Assembly (NCBI RefSeq): GCF_021869535.1
Contig: NW_026262712.1
Location: 31,124,001-31,188,000, forward strand
From: Mytilus californianus
Lineage: Eukaryota
Length of the DNA: 64,000 bases
Reading direction: 5' to 3'
The notes below the pieces were generated by a model. It saw only the letters and a program-made list of their open reading frames with translations, searched no databases and was not told the origin of the DNA. This document shows, piece by piece, positions 1-13,700 of this stretch. The position numbers and the translations under genes are program-made. How positions within the stretch are numbered: the stretch's first letter is position 1; the number at the start of each line of letters is the position of its first letter.

Positions 1-214
1 GCTACGTCAAAATATTTGAAGGAAAATTATCAGCGACGTCAGAATGTGTGAAAAGTGTGAAAAGACGCTATCAAGCTTAATAAATTCAAGCGTAAATCTC
101 TCTAAGAGAGGTGATAAGGACCAGCAGTGGTACTTTAATCATGTAATTTGATTTCTCGTATAAATATCGTAAAATATCATCCGCTCGATACAATTTAGAG
201 TCGTTTAGTTTCAA

Positions 215-420
215 CTCCCTCAGGCAAAGTTGACCTTAGATGAATTTGGCTATTTGTTTTAGGCATTTTTGTCATATAGCTCTTCAACTGTTTCGGTACT
301 TATACATCCCTCGGATTTCAAATGTTTGGCTTTGAGCGTTCCTGATGAAGGTAAATCCAGAAAAGCGCTTCGGACGCATAAAATTATTACGTGTTGTTTT
401 CAATTGTTAGCTAGGGCGTT
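215..420 (+). mobile_element. Penelope-like element terminal repeat (pLTR) / retrozyme-like remnant carrying the hammerhead
   Basis: Same layout (gctcttcaact...ttggcttt..gagcgt..CTGATGA) as the family at 2398..2590; boundaries approximate. Confidence 0.55.
336..377 (+). ncRNA. Minimal type-I hammerhead ribozyme (Penelope-like element type)
   Basis: GCGTTC-CTGATGA-AGGTAAATCCA-GAA-AAGCGCTT-C-GGACGC. 6-bp helix I, intact CUGAUGA/GAAA core, very short helix II, palindromic helix III, UUC cleavage triplet (cut after 371). Confidence 0.75.
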
Positions 421-1617
421 TCGCTCATTCACCAAAAAAGGTTCACATTGTAGCTCTCTGCAGATATCTAACAATATAAATGTGTAGAAAACCGATAATC
501 TTTACATGCACAAGGGATCTGTTAAGTATCATAAAGTGAAACTCTTTGGTCAGAGTTTTGAAAATTATCATAAGATAGTCCTTAAATAAGGTGTATTTGT
601 TTGAACCAATAATGGAATTCCAACACTTGTATTAGTACTTTTCGTTAATCTTTTGATCTGAAAAAAGTTTTTTGCAACTAATTATTAAATTCATTAAAAG
701 TTAAAGAAACGCTCCATGCATGTTTTATCATATTATTCACCTTAGTGTTGTTTTATTTATATTTCTGCCGGACTGTAAACAGATGAATATATTCTAAATA
801 TTTCATGGATCCGACAACGAGGTCTACATTCTTTACTTATTTCAGAATTCATCCTGTATTTTTTTTTGTTCTGTCGAATTCGTAGGTAATTCGATTTGTA
901 AGAGTGGCAATATCATTACATTTAAAAAGATTTTTCATGTGTCATCTTATGAAGCACTTTAGAAACACAACAGGTAAATTTTAGCCATATGAACATTTTG
1001 ATGGCGGTCAAAATAAATTCTGGGGAATGCTCTAATTAAAGAGAAGAGTAGTGTAAACTTTACGTATTACCCTAAACTGTGAGAAATTGAAGGCATGTAG
1101 ATTTTAATAAGTAACTCATTACCAACTCTTTTTTGATATTTTTCTATTTTCAAAAATCATATTGCAGGTAACTTTCTATTCAAGTATATAATTCTAAAGT
1201 TAATTGGCACTCTTGTATATCTTGTATATGTACAGGAAGTTCCTATGCAGAAGTCCATTGTCTATTTGAATCAAATGCGGAATTAAGCGACACCAATTAA
1301 AATTGAATGGATAATGAATAGACGAGACAAATATATGACAATACCCCCAATTACGATCACATTGGTGAAAGTATGATACATTATTAAATCTAATCTTATA
1401 CCGTGTAGAAACTAATTTAGTCTAAAATTAGTCATTCTGAAATTATCTTTTAAATAACACAATAACAATTTAAATGAAATTAAAGATAATGTCTATTATA
1501 TACAATCATTACTTACGCATAGCATCATGAAAATTGTAAAAACTAAAGCAAATGCTGGATTTTACACAGAGTTTATAATCAAGGAGAGAATATAACTATA
1601 TTCATCTAGAGTGCATA

Positions 1618-1714
1618 ATGAGTAATATAGTACACTGGATATTTATACAATTTGTATGTGGCTATTTTTGCAACTCTAACGCCTATGAAGTATACAGGCT
1701 TCCTGAAAGACATA
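1618..1714 (+). CDS. Exon 1, signal peptide (MSNIVHWIFIQFVCGYFCNSNA-YEVYRLPERH)
   Basis: True ATG, hydrophobic core, small-residue cleavage site S-N-A, strong donor a|GTAAGT (phase 1). Confidence 0.65.
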
Positions 1715-4700
1715 GTAAGTATACATACATTCACGTTTTTATTAACATTAACTTTTCAGGGCCAAACTATACAAGATACATTTACATAGTTGACATTCAG
1801 GACAATGGCTCAGCTACCTAAAATTGAATTTATATTGAACAAGAAAAGTGGTTAAACTCGAATTTATGTCGCATGTATAAAAAATTAAATGACCGTGATT
1901 CTGACAAAATATCAAGAAGTGACAACAATCTTTACCATGAACATAACGAAGTTGATGATATGACATCAACTGACTTTAAACATTTGCAACACAATATCTT
2001 TGTACACTGTCGCTTCAAAATGAGTTGTCAGTGACAGGACTTAAAAGTGTTAAGGGCATAATGAAGTACCATGAACAAATAAATCATCATTTTAAGAAAA
2101 AATTAATTATGCGTTTAGTTCATTTGATATTCATGTTATTATTGAGCGCTTGAAAATGAATGATATATTGATGTATTTGAGCGTTATCTTACTAATCAAT
2201 ACTGAGTATCGAATATTTCATGTTTTATTACAGATAGAAGATCCTTATTTTATTTTGACGAAGATCGTAGTGGTTAAACTTAACATTAGGCGTATTTTGA
2301 CTTCAATTTCAAATCATATCTAGCTGGTACTCAAATGTCGGTTTCTATAGTCCTAAATATTTATATATCTGGAGCATTTTTATTTTTCTAAATACCAAGG
2401 ACTTTCCTTCCATTGAATTGATTACCTAGGATGTATTTGGCAACAAATTTTGGGTCCTCAGTGATCCTAAACGTCATACTTATTAGCCTTTTTAAACGTT
2501 TGTGATACTAGCATAACTGATGAGTCTTTGGTAGACGGAACGAGCGTCTGGTTACGAAATATTAATTCTGGTATCTATGATGAGTGTATTTGTCGATACT
2601 TTGATTCAATATTTTTTTAGCTATTCTGACAATAACAATATATGAGGACATGTACATGCAACTATTTTTAAAAAAAAATAGACAGACAAAATCTAGTGAA
2701 TAATAAATATCAATAGTCGGAGAGAGACTGACAAAATCCGAACAAACACGAAAAAAGAAGGAAATGCAAACAACAGTTACAACAGAACAATACATAAAAA
2801 ATTAAAGACAGAGCAACACAAACCACACCAACGAATGCAGGTGATCTTATGTGACAGTTTAAAAAAACGTCTTTTTTTAAAGCAATCAAAAGAGGAAAGT
2901 GTAAAATTTATGATTATGACAAACGAAACAACATCTAGCTATGAAGAACTGTATCCCGGAATGGGAGGGCTAAAATGATATAGAAAGCAAGTGCCACGAA
3001 AATGATGTACATGTAAAATAATAATGTGTATTTCGTAATGACATAGCAAATTTACGGTTAAAATTCGAAACAATCGAAACAGATGATAATGAAAGAAAAA
3101 ATATTAAACGGTTGCACCAAAGATAAATATTTCAATCAGTTTTGTATAGCTTGTGATACAGGTTGTCCTTTTGAGTATTAAGACACTCATTGTCATAAAT
3201 TGAAAATTAGAAACAATCAATCATTGTCAAAGTCGGTAACTGGAAATCGCAGTTCATATATATATATATTAGATTTTAAGAATTGTTTTATTATTTAGAT
3301 ATCACCCATGTAAATGGATTAAAGTTCTTATCGCCATATATTAGTAATTTTGCAATAGGAGAACATAAAAGACTTGTTCTAAGATGTCAAGTGCGCACTG
3401 ACAGAGAACCTAATTTTGAGGTAAGATTGAACATGAAATTACAGTATGCATTACATCCAATTACAATTAATAAGAAAAGTTCAAGTATAATGTAAAGTAA
3501 TAGAAATACCGACTCAAGGAAAATTCATAACGGACAGTCATTTGAGAAACGTCAAAATCAACTGATCAAAAACATTAAACGAATAGAAAACAACTCTCAT
3601 ATTCCTGAATACGTACAGGCATTTCCCGATGTCGAAAATTGGGGATTATCCTGGTTCTATATAAACTTAAACCTTCTAATTGTATGACAGTCGTAGAAAA
3701 TTCCATTGACACCAATGTGTTAGCATAAAAAGAGCACAATACCACAATGACGTCAACAATATCAGATGAAAGTAAGGTAACCAATTTTGCTATGGATAAT
3801 CAAAGAAAAAACTCTTTTGATCCTTTGAAACCTTTTAAAAACAATAACTGTACTTGAACTAGGTCTTAAAATATCTATCTTAGCCTTGTTAACCAAACGC
3901 TCTATTTAAAACTTTTTAATGTGAGAATCAAAACGCCGATTACATTTTGAACGTCATTTTTGTGTAGACAAATCGACAGTTTTTTTTGCTATATAACATA
4001 TTTTATTTTATTGTAATGTTTGTCCTTAGACCAATGAACATCAGACAACATATTTATATAAGAATATGGGGACACTCATTTTTTTTTATTCATATATAAA
4101 AACTCGAACCTTATAATGAGTGCAAGATATAACTATCACAGTTTGATATAAGTGAAGTTATTTTTTTAACTAGAATTTTTAACTGGTTTATTTAAGGTCA
4201 CTAAATAAGTATTTTGTACACGGAACTCAGTTATGAGTTTCGTATCAATAATGAGTTTTGATGTGAAATTTTTATAAAGACTTTCGAAATGTTTTTCGAT
4301 AAAGTGCTGGAAGGATGTAGTATACGTTGCTGGAACGTGTGTAATAATGTTAGGATTGTTAAGTATTATGTTCCGATGTCCTACGTTTAATTGATTTCCG
4401 AGCAAATGAGCTTCGGTCGGAAGTCGGAAGTTATACAAGCATTATTTTGGAAGCTTAATACATTCTCGATAGTCACATAAGTGAACACAAATCAGTACCT
4501 TATTTAAAAACGAATGCTCAAATATGAAGAAACTCACTAAACATTGCTAAAATCATAGTTCATTTTTGATACAGCTGCGGAAGAGTTATTTATTCTTTCA
4601 TATGAAAATAAATCGAGGAATTCAAAGCACTGCGAACGCACCAAATTGAGACAAAATTACGTTGTTCTCCTCTTATATTTGATGCGTTTCCCTCAGTTTT

Positions 4701-7700
4701 AGTTTGTAACCCGATTTGTTTTTATCTCTATCGATTTATGAGTTTGGAACAGCGGTATACTACTGTTGCCTTCATTCATTGGAGTGGTTTACACCTATAT
4801 CTTATTATAAGCTTGTTAAAGGCGAAAATTGTATTAGCTAGTACTAACCAAAGGAAAAGGTGTTTAAGGCTTTTAACTTGAGGAAATGTGCGGAGAGAAA
4901 ATAAAACACTATCTATGTTAACCAAGTCATAAAATTTTATAATCGGAAATATATGTATTTGGTTCTAGATTAATAAGGGATAGACAAATACCACAGTTTA
5001 CAATATGTCCGGAAAAACGTCACAACAAAAACCCAAATGGCATTTATTAAAATAATAAATGAATTATATAACGACTGTCAAAGAATTATTCATTAAATAC
5101 GCCATTTTGTTGTTCATTGTTATGGCATGGAAGTTTTGGCGTATTCTATACAAATTGGAGATGTTCCTCCTTCCCAACGTCAGTTTTTATGTATATTCTG
5201 GGTCCGTCGTCAAGGAGAAGGGTTAGACGATATATTTCAAGTTACTTTAGAAGGTCACGACAACCAAGTTAAAGAAACTCAGCGATTTGTAAATATTTTA
5301 TTATTAATAGACCCTTTGTCATATTGATATGTAATTGCACGTTTTATTATTGTTAAAATGTGAATATTGGAAAATGTCTGTACACCGATTAGAAATTCAT
5401 TTTATTTTTCTACAATTTGTATTTGTTTTTCTAATAAGCTATTTATGATAACCTTCATAACTAATAATGTGTTTAAAAACCTTTGTGAGATTAGCAATGC
5501 TTTGAAATCGTTTTTTGTTTTTGTTTGTTTGATTGTGTTTATAGAATAAGCTTAAGACAATATTGTATGATTGTCAATGAGAATATCACTATCAATCACA
5601 GACCAAGTGACATATACGTTGTCAACAAAAGGTCAAAGAACGACCTTCAAAAATGAGGAATACCCCTGTGTTTATTTTGAGTAGTATAATTGTATTTAAT
5701 TATTCCCTTTTTTGTTTTTGTTGTATTAGATTCATAAGATTTGTCGTACACTGTAGTACTTTATAATTGTAAATAATCTTATAATTTCTTTATTTGTTTA
5801 ATTCTTTTGATTTCCTTTAGTGGGTAAGGATAGAGAACTCAACGTCTGCAAAAGTTATAAGAAATAATACTGACGATGGACGCTATTTGATCTTCGTAAA
5901 AAGACGACAACGACGGCGAGGTGACACATACAACAATAAACTTGTAATACGAAACACACAAGCATCAGATTCAGGAGTTATAAAGTGTCGTGTAAATGTC
6001 AGAGGGTCCGCTGTCATAGAAAGACAATTCAAAGTTAACGTTGGAGGTGAGTCTTACATTAAACAATAGCAGTCTCTATAAGTATTTACCTATAAAACGT
6101 TTAAACCGCAGCATTGGTATGCACCTGTCTAAAGTGAGGAGCCTGTTGTTCAGTGGTTGCCGTTGGTTGGTGCTGTTCATAAATTTTTACAATTTGTACA
6201 AATTATACCGTTGGTTTCCCTCATTTAATTGTTTAACAATAGTTATTTTGGTGCACTGTCATAGCTTGCTGTTCGTTGTGAGTCAATGCTCTGTGTTGAA
6301 GGCCGTACTTTGACATATGATTGCTTATTGTTGACACAATGTGATTTGGATGGACAGTTGTCTTATTGGCACTCATACCACATCTTCTTATTCATAATTG
6401 AAAAGTCTTATCAAGTGATAGGCGACATGTTTTAGCGGAAAGGTAATTGACTGTTATCTAACTTTACACATCACCAAATTCTTAAACCGTTGATTCATCA
6501 ATCATAATAGAGAGACGGAATATATAAAAGGAATAATAGCATAATTTGAATAGAAAATGACAATGTCATGCAAAAGAAAGAATACCGACAACACAACAAA
6601 CTGCAGTCTACCAAACATAACGTATACAACCAAAGACTTTAATAACCACATCAAAACCACAAGGGTTGATATTGAGTGCTCCATATTGGGATAAGCATAT
6701 CATGCTCTATTTTCGGTTACCGTCGTAGTGCTTATGTAAGTACAAACCTTGTTATAAGTGTTATGCATACAACTGTGATTTATATATGTGTTGATCAAAA
6801 CGCATCACTCAGATGTGTTTCTTCATAAAACGATGGTTTAAATACGTTATCTGACTTGCCAATGCAGGTGTTTGAATAAAGCTATGTTTAATGTCTCCAT
6901 ATGAATATAAATGCAACTCAATGAAAACCATACTTCCCTGCTCCCGAAGCGCTTTTTTATTTATCTTCATCAAGACGTTCATAGTCAGAAAATTGAAAGA
7001 TAAGTATGTATAAAAAACTTAATATTTGATGAACTATATAACCACAATAGATCACAAATAAAAAGTCAAATGCATCTAAAGTCAACTTTGATGAAGATGT
7101 AATGTAAATAGAGTTCGTCAATTTGAAGCCTAGAGTATTACCATTATTCAAAATTCTACGGTCGAATCATTTTTCAGAATTCTACATTTAATTCCTTTAT
7201 CAAATATCTAAGGTAGTATATTCAATTACAATATTTCTATTTGATACGAAAATGTGAACCATGCATAAGAGAGATTAATGTTGAAAAAGGTAAAATCACA
7301 AAATACTAAACTCCGAGGAAAATTCAAAAAGGAAAGTCCCTCATCAAATGGCAAAATCAAAAGTTCAAACACTTAGTGTGAAGGCCTTTATTAACACAAA
7401 GACAGATCAGGAAAATGAAATCAAAATTACAAATTAATTCATGGGATCACATCTATCCTACTAAACTTGATATGTCAGATTAAACAAATTTACTTACGTC
7501 AGCTTCGCATCGAGGCTTGAATCTAGTAATTTTCGATCAAGGATTGTGTTTTGATAAGATCTTAATTTTGCAATAAAAGAGAGTTATAGATTTATATGTT
7601 GTTGATCTTTCAAATCATCTTACGACTAGAACAATATTCTGAAAATTTGATCCGCGGGATACATCATTTGAAGTTCCCCGTTCTGTTATTTATAAGCAGG

Positions 7701-10700
7701 CTATAACATTGAATTTTAATAGAATATTCTAGACGTGAAGTATAGCTTTACGTAACATCTGCATTGTGATTTTAATTTAATTTATAACAATATTCTTTTT
7801 TGGTTCGCCAGACCAATCTTTTGTCTGCAAACGACTTATATGTGGCATTAAATCCAAAACCGAGTCTGAAAATCATAAACCATCAAAATGTCGAGAAATT
7901 GCGAAAAAGACAGCATAGACGTATATCAATATCCTTACGCCATTCTTACGTGCAATTTATCAGTTCATGACAATTTAAAGTAATTATTCATATTGCAAAT
8001 TTGCTCATCTGTTTTTCTCTTCAAAAAGGTTTCAAGTATTTCCAAGAAATGTACGGTTTACGGAGTTGAAACACCAATACCTTCCAACGAAAAGCAATTT
8101 ATCTATTATCAAATGATGTCAAAGTACTTAACATTTGTCATGTCATTTTCAGAATCTATATTGACTCCGATTAGACTGGAATCATACACTCAGCGTGGAG
8201 AAGGATTGCTCCGAATTCGCTTAAAGAACAAATGGACTTATTTTCATTACAATACTTTCAGTTCAGTAAAGGCCTCTATTGTGTGTCGGTCTCTTGGATA
8301 TCCGTATGTATACAATTTGCTTAAATAACCAGCTACTTTAATACAATTTATATACATTATTTTGATTATTTAAGTATATTAATCTCCTTCTATGATTCAA
8401 TGAATAATGAAGAAAAAGAGTAGTATGTAGGTGTCATGAATATTCATTCTTACAACTTAGTTACGTTTGTGGTTCAAGTATCACAGTAAATCTTGGTAAA
8501 AACACATCCATGCTTTCTATCTAATAATTGCGAACGGCTTTTTTTTATGTCTACAAAAATGTGGCGCTTGAATTCTGACAGTTTTGCACAAAAAACCATC
8601 GGGAACAAAATTCCACCAGCAGTGTATTACCGAAAGGTCTGAATTTAACAATATGATTCTGAATAAGACTGAAACATTTCTCGACGTTCGTAAAGTGTAG
8701 GACTCTACCTCAATATTTCGATAATCTTAAAGTATCACAATTTTGTATTGATACATTATCCACAATCTAAACAGTATCGGAGTTTATAAGCAGTCTAGAG
8801 GGTGTATGAGTTTGTTTTGACAATTTAAAGTGTGTTTGAGTTCTTGTTGACACATCTTCAGCCATCAAGTGTGTATTCGTTTTCCTCCACACCTTAATGT
8901 TATACCTAGTTTATTAAAAGTTTTGAATACAAAAACTAAAAGAATATTATGCACGTACGATCCAACGCTGATCCATTTAGTCTTTTATCTTTCTTATTGT
9001 TATGGTGTCTATTAAGAATTACAGATTGTTCATTAATTAGTGAATCAAGTAACAACAGTATTTAACTGAATGATGGAATCATTGAACGGCAGTATACATG
9101 AAGTGAATTTAACTCTGACGCCATTCTAATCGACCTAGGTTTAATCACTGAAAGAAATAAGCTTCTGACATTATCTAAACCTCAAAATGTACGAGCTTAT
9201 GTCTATGTTTCATAGCCAAGTTTTTTTTTTCATTAAAAATAATAAAAGCAGCATAATTTTCAAGTTGTATCAAATATTCAAGCATCTCATATCAATTTTA
9301 TTTATGTCTTTTTCTTCCAGATATGGGGGTGTAGCACGAAATACATATGAAGAACGAACTATATTAGGACATGCAGAGCATCACGTGTACAAAAGTGAAA
9401 AATATAACCCATATTGTATCTATGGAATCAGTTGTTTCCCAAATGTTACAGATATCGTCCAATGTCAAATAATAAAACAAAAAAAATGTTACTCTCCACA
9501 TGTGCTTGGAATTACTTGCAGGTTGGAGCCTGTTAAAAGTATGAAATAATTTATAACTTTATAACACTTGAAAAGTAAATGTATTAGCAAAAACAGTGAA
9601 CTGTATGAGCTCTTATACGACTTCCCCTTAACAAAACTTGGGTACTTAAAAAAGGCATTTGTGACACAATTTTAGTCTTTTCTCATACAGTTCAGTTGCA
9701 TTTTGCCGGTTTGTTTTAGTTTCAAATAATTGACAGGATAAATCAGTATCAAAAGCTTTTATTATAAACATGATAAATGTGAGATTGTTCTAAGGTTAAT
9801 ACATTCATGTTTTTTTTTCATTGTCGAAGGCCGTACGGTTACCTTTAATCGCTTACTCGTGTTACTGTGGATTCATTATTATGCGTTGGATACCAATTTT
9901 CTTTGGCTTTCGTGGTTATTTGGTAACCACAAATTCCAATATCCAACAATTTACAAATTTTCTTCAGGAATATATTCAGACTTTGTCCAAACAACAAAAT
10001 CAAACATCCACGAAAATGCATGTTTTCCTCAATCCACGTAAATTGGTACCCACGAAAATAAATGAATCCACAGTACATCGACTTTATAAGAATGTATGTT
10101 ACTGACAAGATATGACACTTTCACAATTCCAACGTTGAAATCATCACAATTTTCATGGATTTCCGTTTGAGATTCGTCCATATATTTTCATTTGTTTAGG
10201 TTATATCCGTAATATCATATATGAAATAAATAAAGTGTAAAGTATATTGATTTTAATTTTTTCAGTTCCAGACGTGCCTGTTCGTTTGTTGGTTCCAGGC
10301 ATGGGGGTCCTGAAGTTACAAGAGGGTGTTGTAGAAGTTTTTCTTGATGGTCATTGGGGATTCGTTAATATAAATTATATCGGACAGTCCGAAGTACATG
10401 CTCTTTGTCAAACCCTTGGTTTTAAGTAAGTAAACATAATTCTTTGTTTTATGAACACATTTATACTGCTACCATTTTTGTTTGACTATAGCCTTAAAAG
10501 GAGAACGAAGACACCATAAAGACACAAAATGAAATACTAAACTTGAAGAGAAACCTACGATCCCATGAAAAAACGAGGTATAACTCAAAAGTCTACAACA
10601 CGTTACATATTAAAATTCCAGAGTGGCGCTACGAACCTCACTTAAACCCGGATGTGGTTTCCGGTTATCAAGAAGAACTTCGATGAGCAGATACAAATCA

Positions 10701-13700
10701 TGATAGAATGCATACTTACTTTGATAAATTTTCCTAGAAACTATAAAGACTGAATCATATCTAATTGAACGATTAAGTTAACCATTGCTAGCAACGTAGA
10801 TTTGCTTTTCATGTCAAATTAAAGGCAACATTTTTTGAACGTAAGATTCTCCATTTTTAACGTAAGATTCTCATTTTGTTCTCCTTAGACTTTTCTAAAT
10901 GCATGGTTTAAAGGTATTTAAAAATAGACGGTACATACGTCTACATTAAAGCTTTCAAAACATTTGTCTTATAGTTGTTTAAAAGTGAGAGGTTCAGCTA
11001 GTTTTTGAACATGGTTTAATTCTTTATTTTCTAAAAATAAAAAAAAAATGCTTGTAACATGGCAGGAGTACAACAGTTATTTTTCATTCGTATGATGTGT
11101 ATGAGTTTTTGATTTTTTTCCATTTGGTATAAGATTTTCCGTTCAGATTTTTCATTGGAGTTTGATATTTTATTATTCTACTTTTTATTTATTCTCGATT
11201 TAGGTATGGTGGTGAGAGTTATAAAGCAACAGATATTTATTTTAAATTCAATTCGCTGGACTATACAAATCCAATTTTGCGAAACCTTTCTTGCTCCGAG
11301 AATGCATTACATTTTAATGAGTGCAATCATACGGTATGGGGAGATCGTACATTGGATAGCAGTTGGGATATTTTAGCTATTAAATGCTGGACACATTCAG
11401 AAATATGTAAGTTTAAACACAACCATGACAACCTAGCGAACAGTCTGAACTATTAAATGTATTACATAGACTTGTTTATTTAAAGAAATGTTTTTATTAT
11501 ATTACATTCCTGCACCGAAATTCGTCAACTTAATAAAAAATCTAGACCTGTTTCACTATTTTGCAATTCAAGATTGTGGAAAACAATCATACATCCCTAA
11601 TTTAAAGATATGCACTCAATAAACTAAAATAAAAAAGTTAGCAACAAGTTTTATATGTATTCAATTGAAGATGATTCAGGAGTTCAAGTACGACTAGCAG
11701 GATCAAACATAGAACACGAAGGACGAGTTGAAATCTTGCACAACAACGTCTGGGGAACTGTGAATGATTACTGGTATGGATATCCGGGAGCGAATGTGTT
11801 GTGCAAAATGTTGGGGTATCCGTAAGTACTGTGTGATTGGAATGATGATAATGTGTAGCAACACATTTATATGATACATTCTTATGAGCAGTTTGTGACA
11901 TAGTTATATTCTGCATAGGGTTGACATGTCGAACAGGATCTGCCTACTCTTCCGGAGCATTGAGATCATACAGGGTGTTAAATGTAGTTCGTGTTGCTCA
12001 GTCTCTGGTTTTCTATGTAATGTTTTGTATCCTGTTGTTTGTCATTTAGTTTTTATTTTCATTTGCATATAAAAAATACAACGTCTGAAATGACTGATCA
12101 AATAAACAAGAGAAATCTAGTAAAAAAAATAGAAAAAATGTTGTTAACTAATCATTTAACATTCTTGTCGTTAAAATTGACCGATAAGTCAAAATTATGG
12201 ACAACTACCTTGCACAAAGTCTTTTATCTTTGACCTTTTTGACCTATAAATGTGGCTGAGGCCTCAAATTAATACTGGAAACACCAGAATCATGATGTAA
12301 TGTTCCTGAAACTTCTTCATGTTAATGCATTATGTCAAATTGACCCTTATTGACGAGAAATATATTCTGCGAGAACTGTTTTCGTGTTTAAGTTTTTAAA
12401 ACAATATTTTCACATTATACTGTAAAGACAAATTGACTATTTTTGAGAACTCTGCAGTGTATATTTTACAATAATACTTCATATACTATAATTGAAACAT
12501 AGAGTTTACATGTCATCTTTCAAAATCTTTTCAAAATCCTAGTTTTTTTCATCACTTTATAAGGATAAAAAGGCGCCAATATATAAACACATTTCCCCAC
12601 AAATTTCCAATGGCTTATATCTCGAAAACAAGCACACGGACCCTTCAATGCTTCATTTGTTTCTGCTTTTTTAGTTCCTTTATTTCCATATTATCGATGT
12701 GTAACAGTCTTTTTAAAAAACTTGTTATTTTGAAACAGAATAGCGTACATCCTTAATGGAAATTTATGAAAATAACAATTGTTAAAAATCGACAAAACAA
12801 AAACATTGCTTTCATTGAATCTTTTCAACAGCCAGTGTTGGAATGACAGTAAATACAAAAGTCACGTGAATGTATACAACACTTCCATAATAGTTCATGC
12901 ATAATAAAAAAGAACATAATGTTATCTGAAAAAAAAGGTTTATAGCAAGTGAATTAGATTTTTAGGTCAATTTTTTCGAATGAATCGGCGGAATGAGGAG
13001 CGTATTTCTCATAGTTAAAAATTGCCTTCCTGTCTAGCATTTATCTACTGTTGTAAAATTTCATTCAGTACGTTAATCATGCTAAAATCCTGCGCTAACC
13101 AAGTTAACTTTATACTTAAATTATATTATAAGTTCATAATAATCTGCAGGTATGGAGGAGTACCTAAATTTGAAAGAATAGCTCCCGGACAAGGACCAAC
13201 ATGGATAGACTTCATCGAATGTCCTCTTGATGCAAATGATTTACAGGACTGTGAGTTTGAATGGGTTAAGTCAGAAGAAGACATTCACAGAAGTTTGTTT
13301 GGATCAGCATTTATTAAATGCAGAACAGAACCGGTCGAAGGTATTTATATAAGTTGCTATAGTTATTATAATTATGACTACCCTATAGTTTTTGTTTGTG
13401 TGAACTGCAACAGTTTTTTTCCAATTTATGTATATAATTTTATATGATAAAAAGTAAAATCACAAAAATACTGAACTCCGAGGAAAATTCAAAACGGAAA
13501 GTCCCTAATCAAACGACTGGACAACAACTATCATATTCCTGACTTGGTAAAGGCATTTTCAAATGTAGAAAAAGGTGGGTTGAACCTGGTTTTATAGCGC
13601 TAAACCTCTAACTTGTATGACGGTTGCATCAAATTCCGTTATATTTACAACGATGCGTGAACAAAACAGACATAATAGTTAAAATAGTCACAATATGGGT

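Noticed and set aside
269-487. 72-aa ORF
   Set aside because: Overlaps the pLTR/hammerhead repeat; non-ATG start.
11638-11916. Minus-strand 92-aa ORF (also 26052..26327 and 29618..29860)
   Set aside because: Antisense shadows of SRCR exons.
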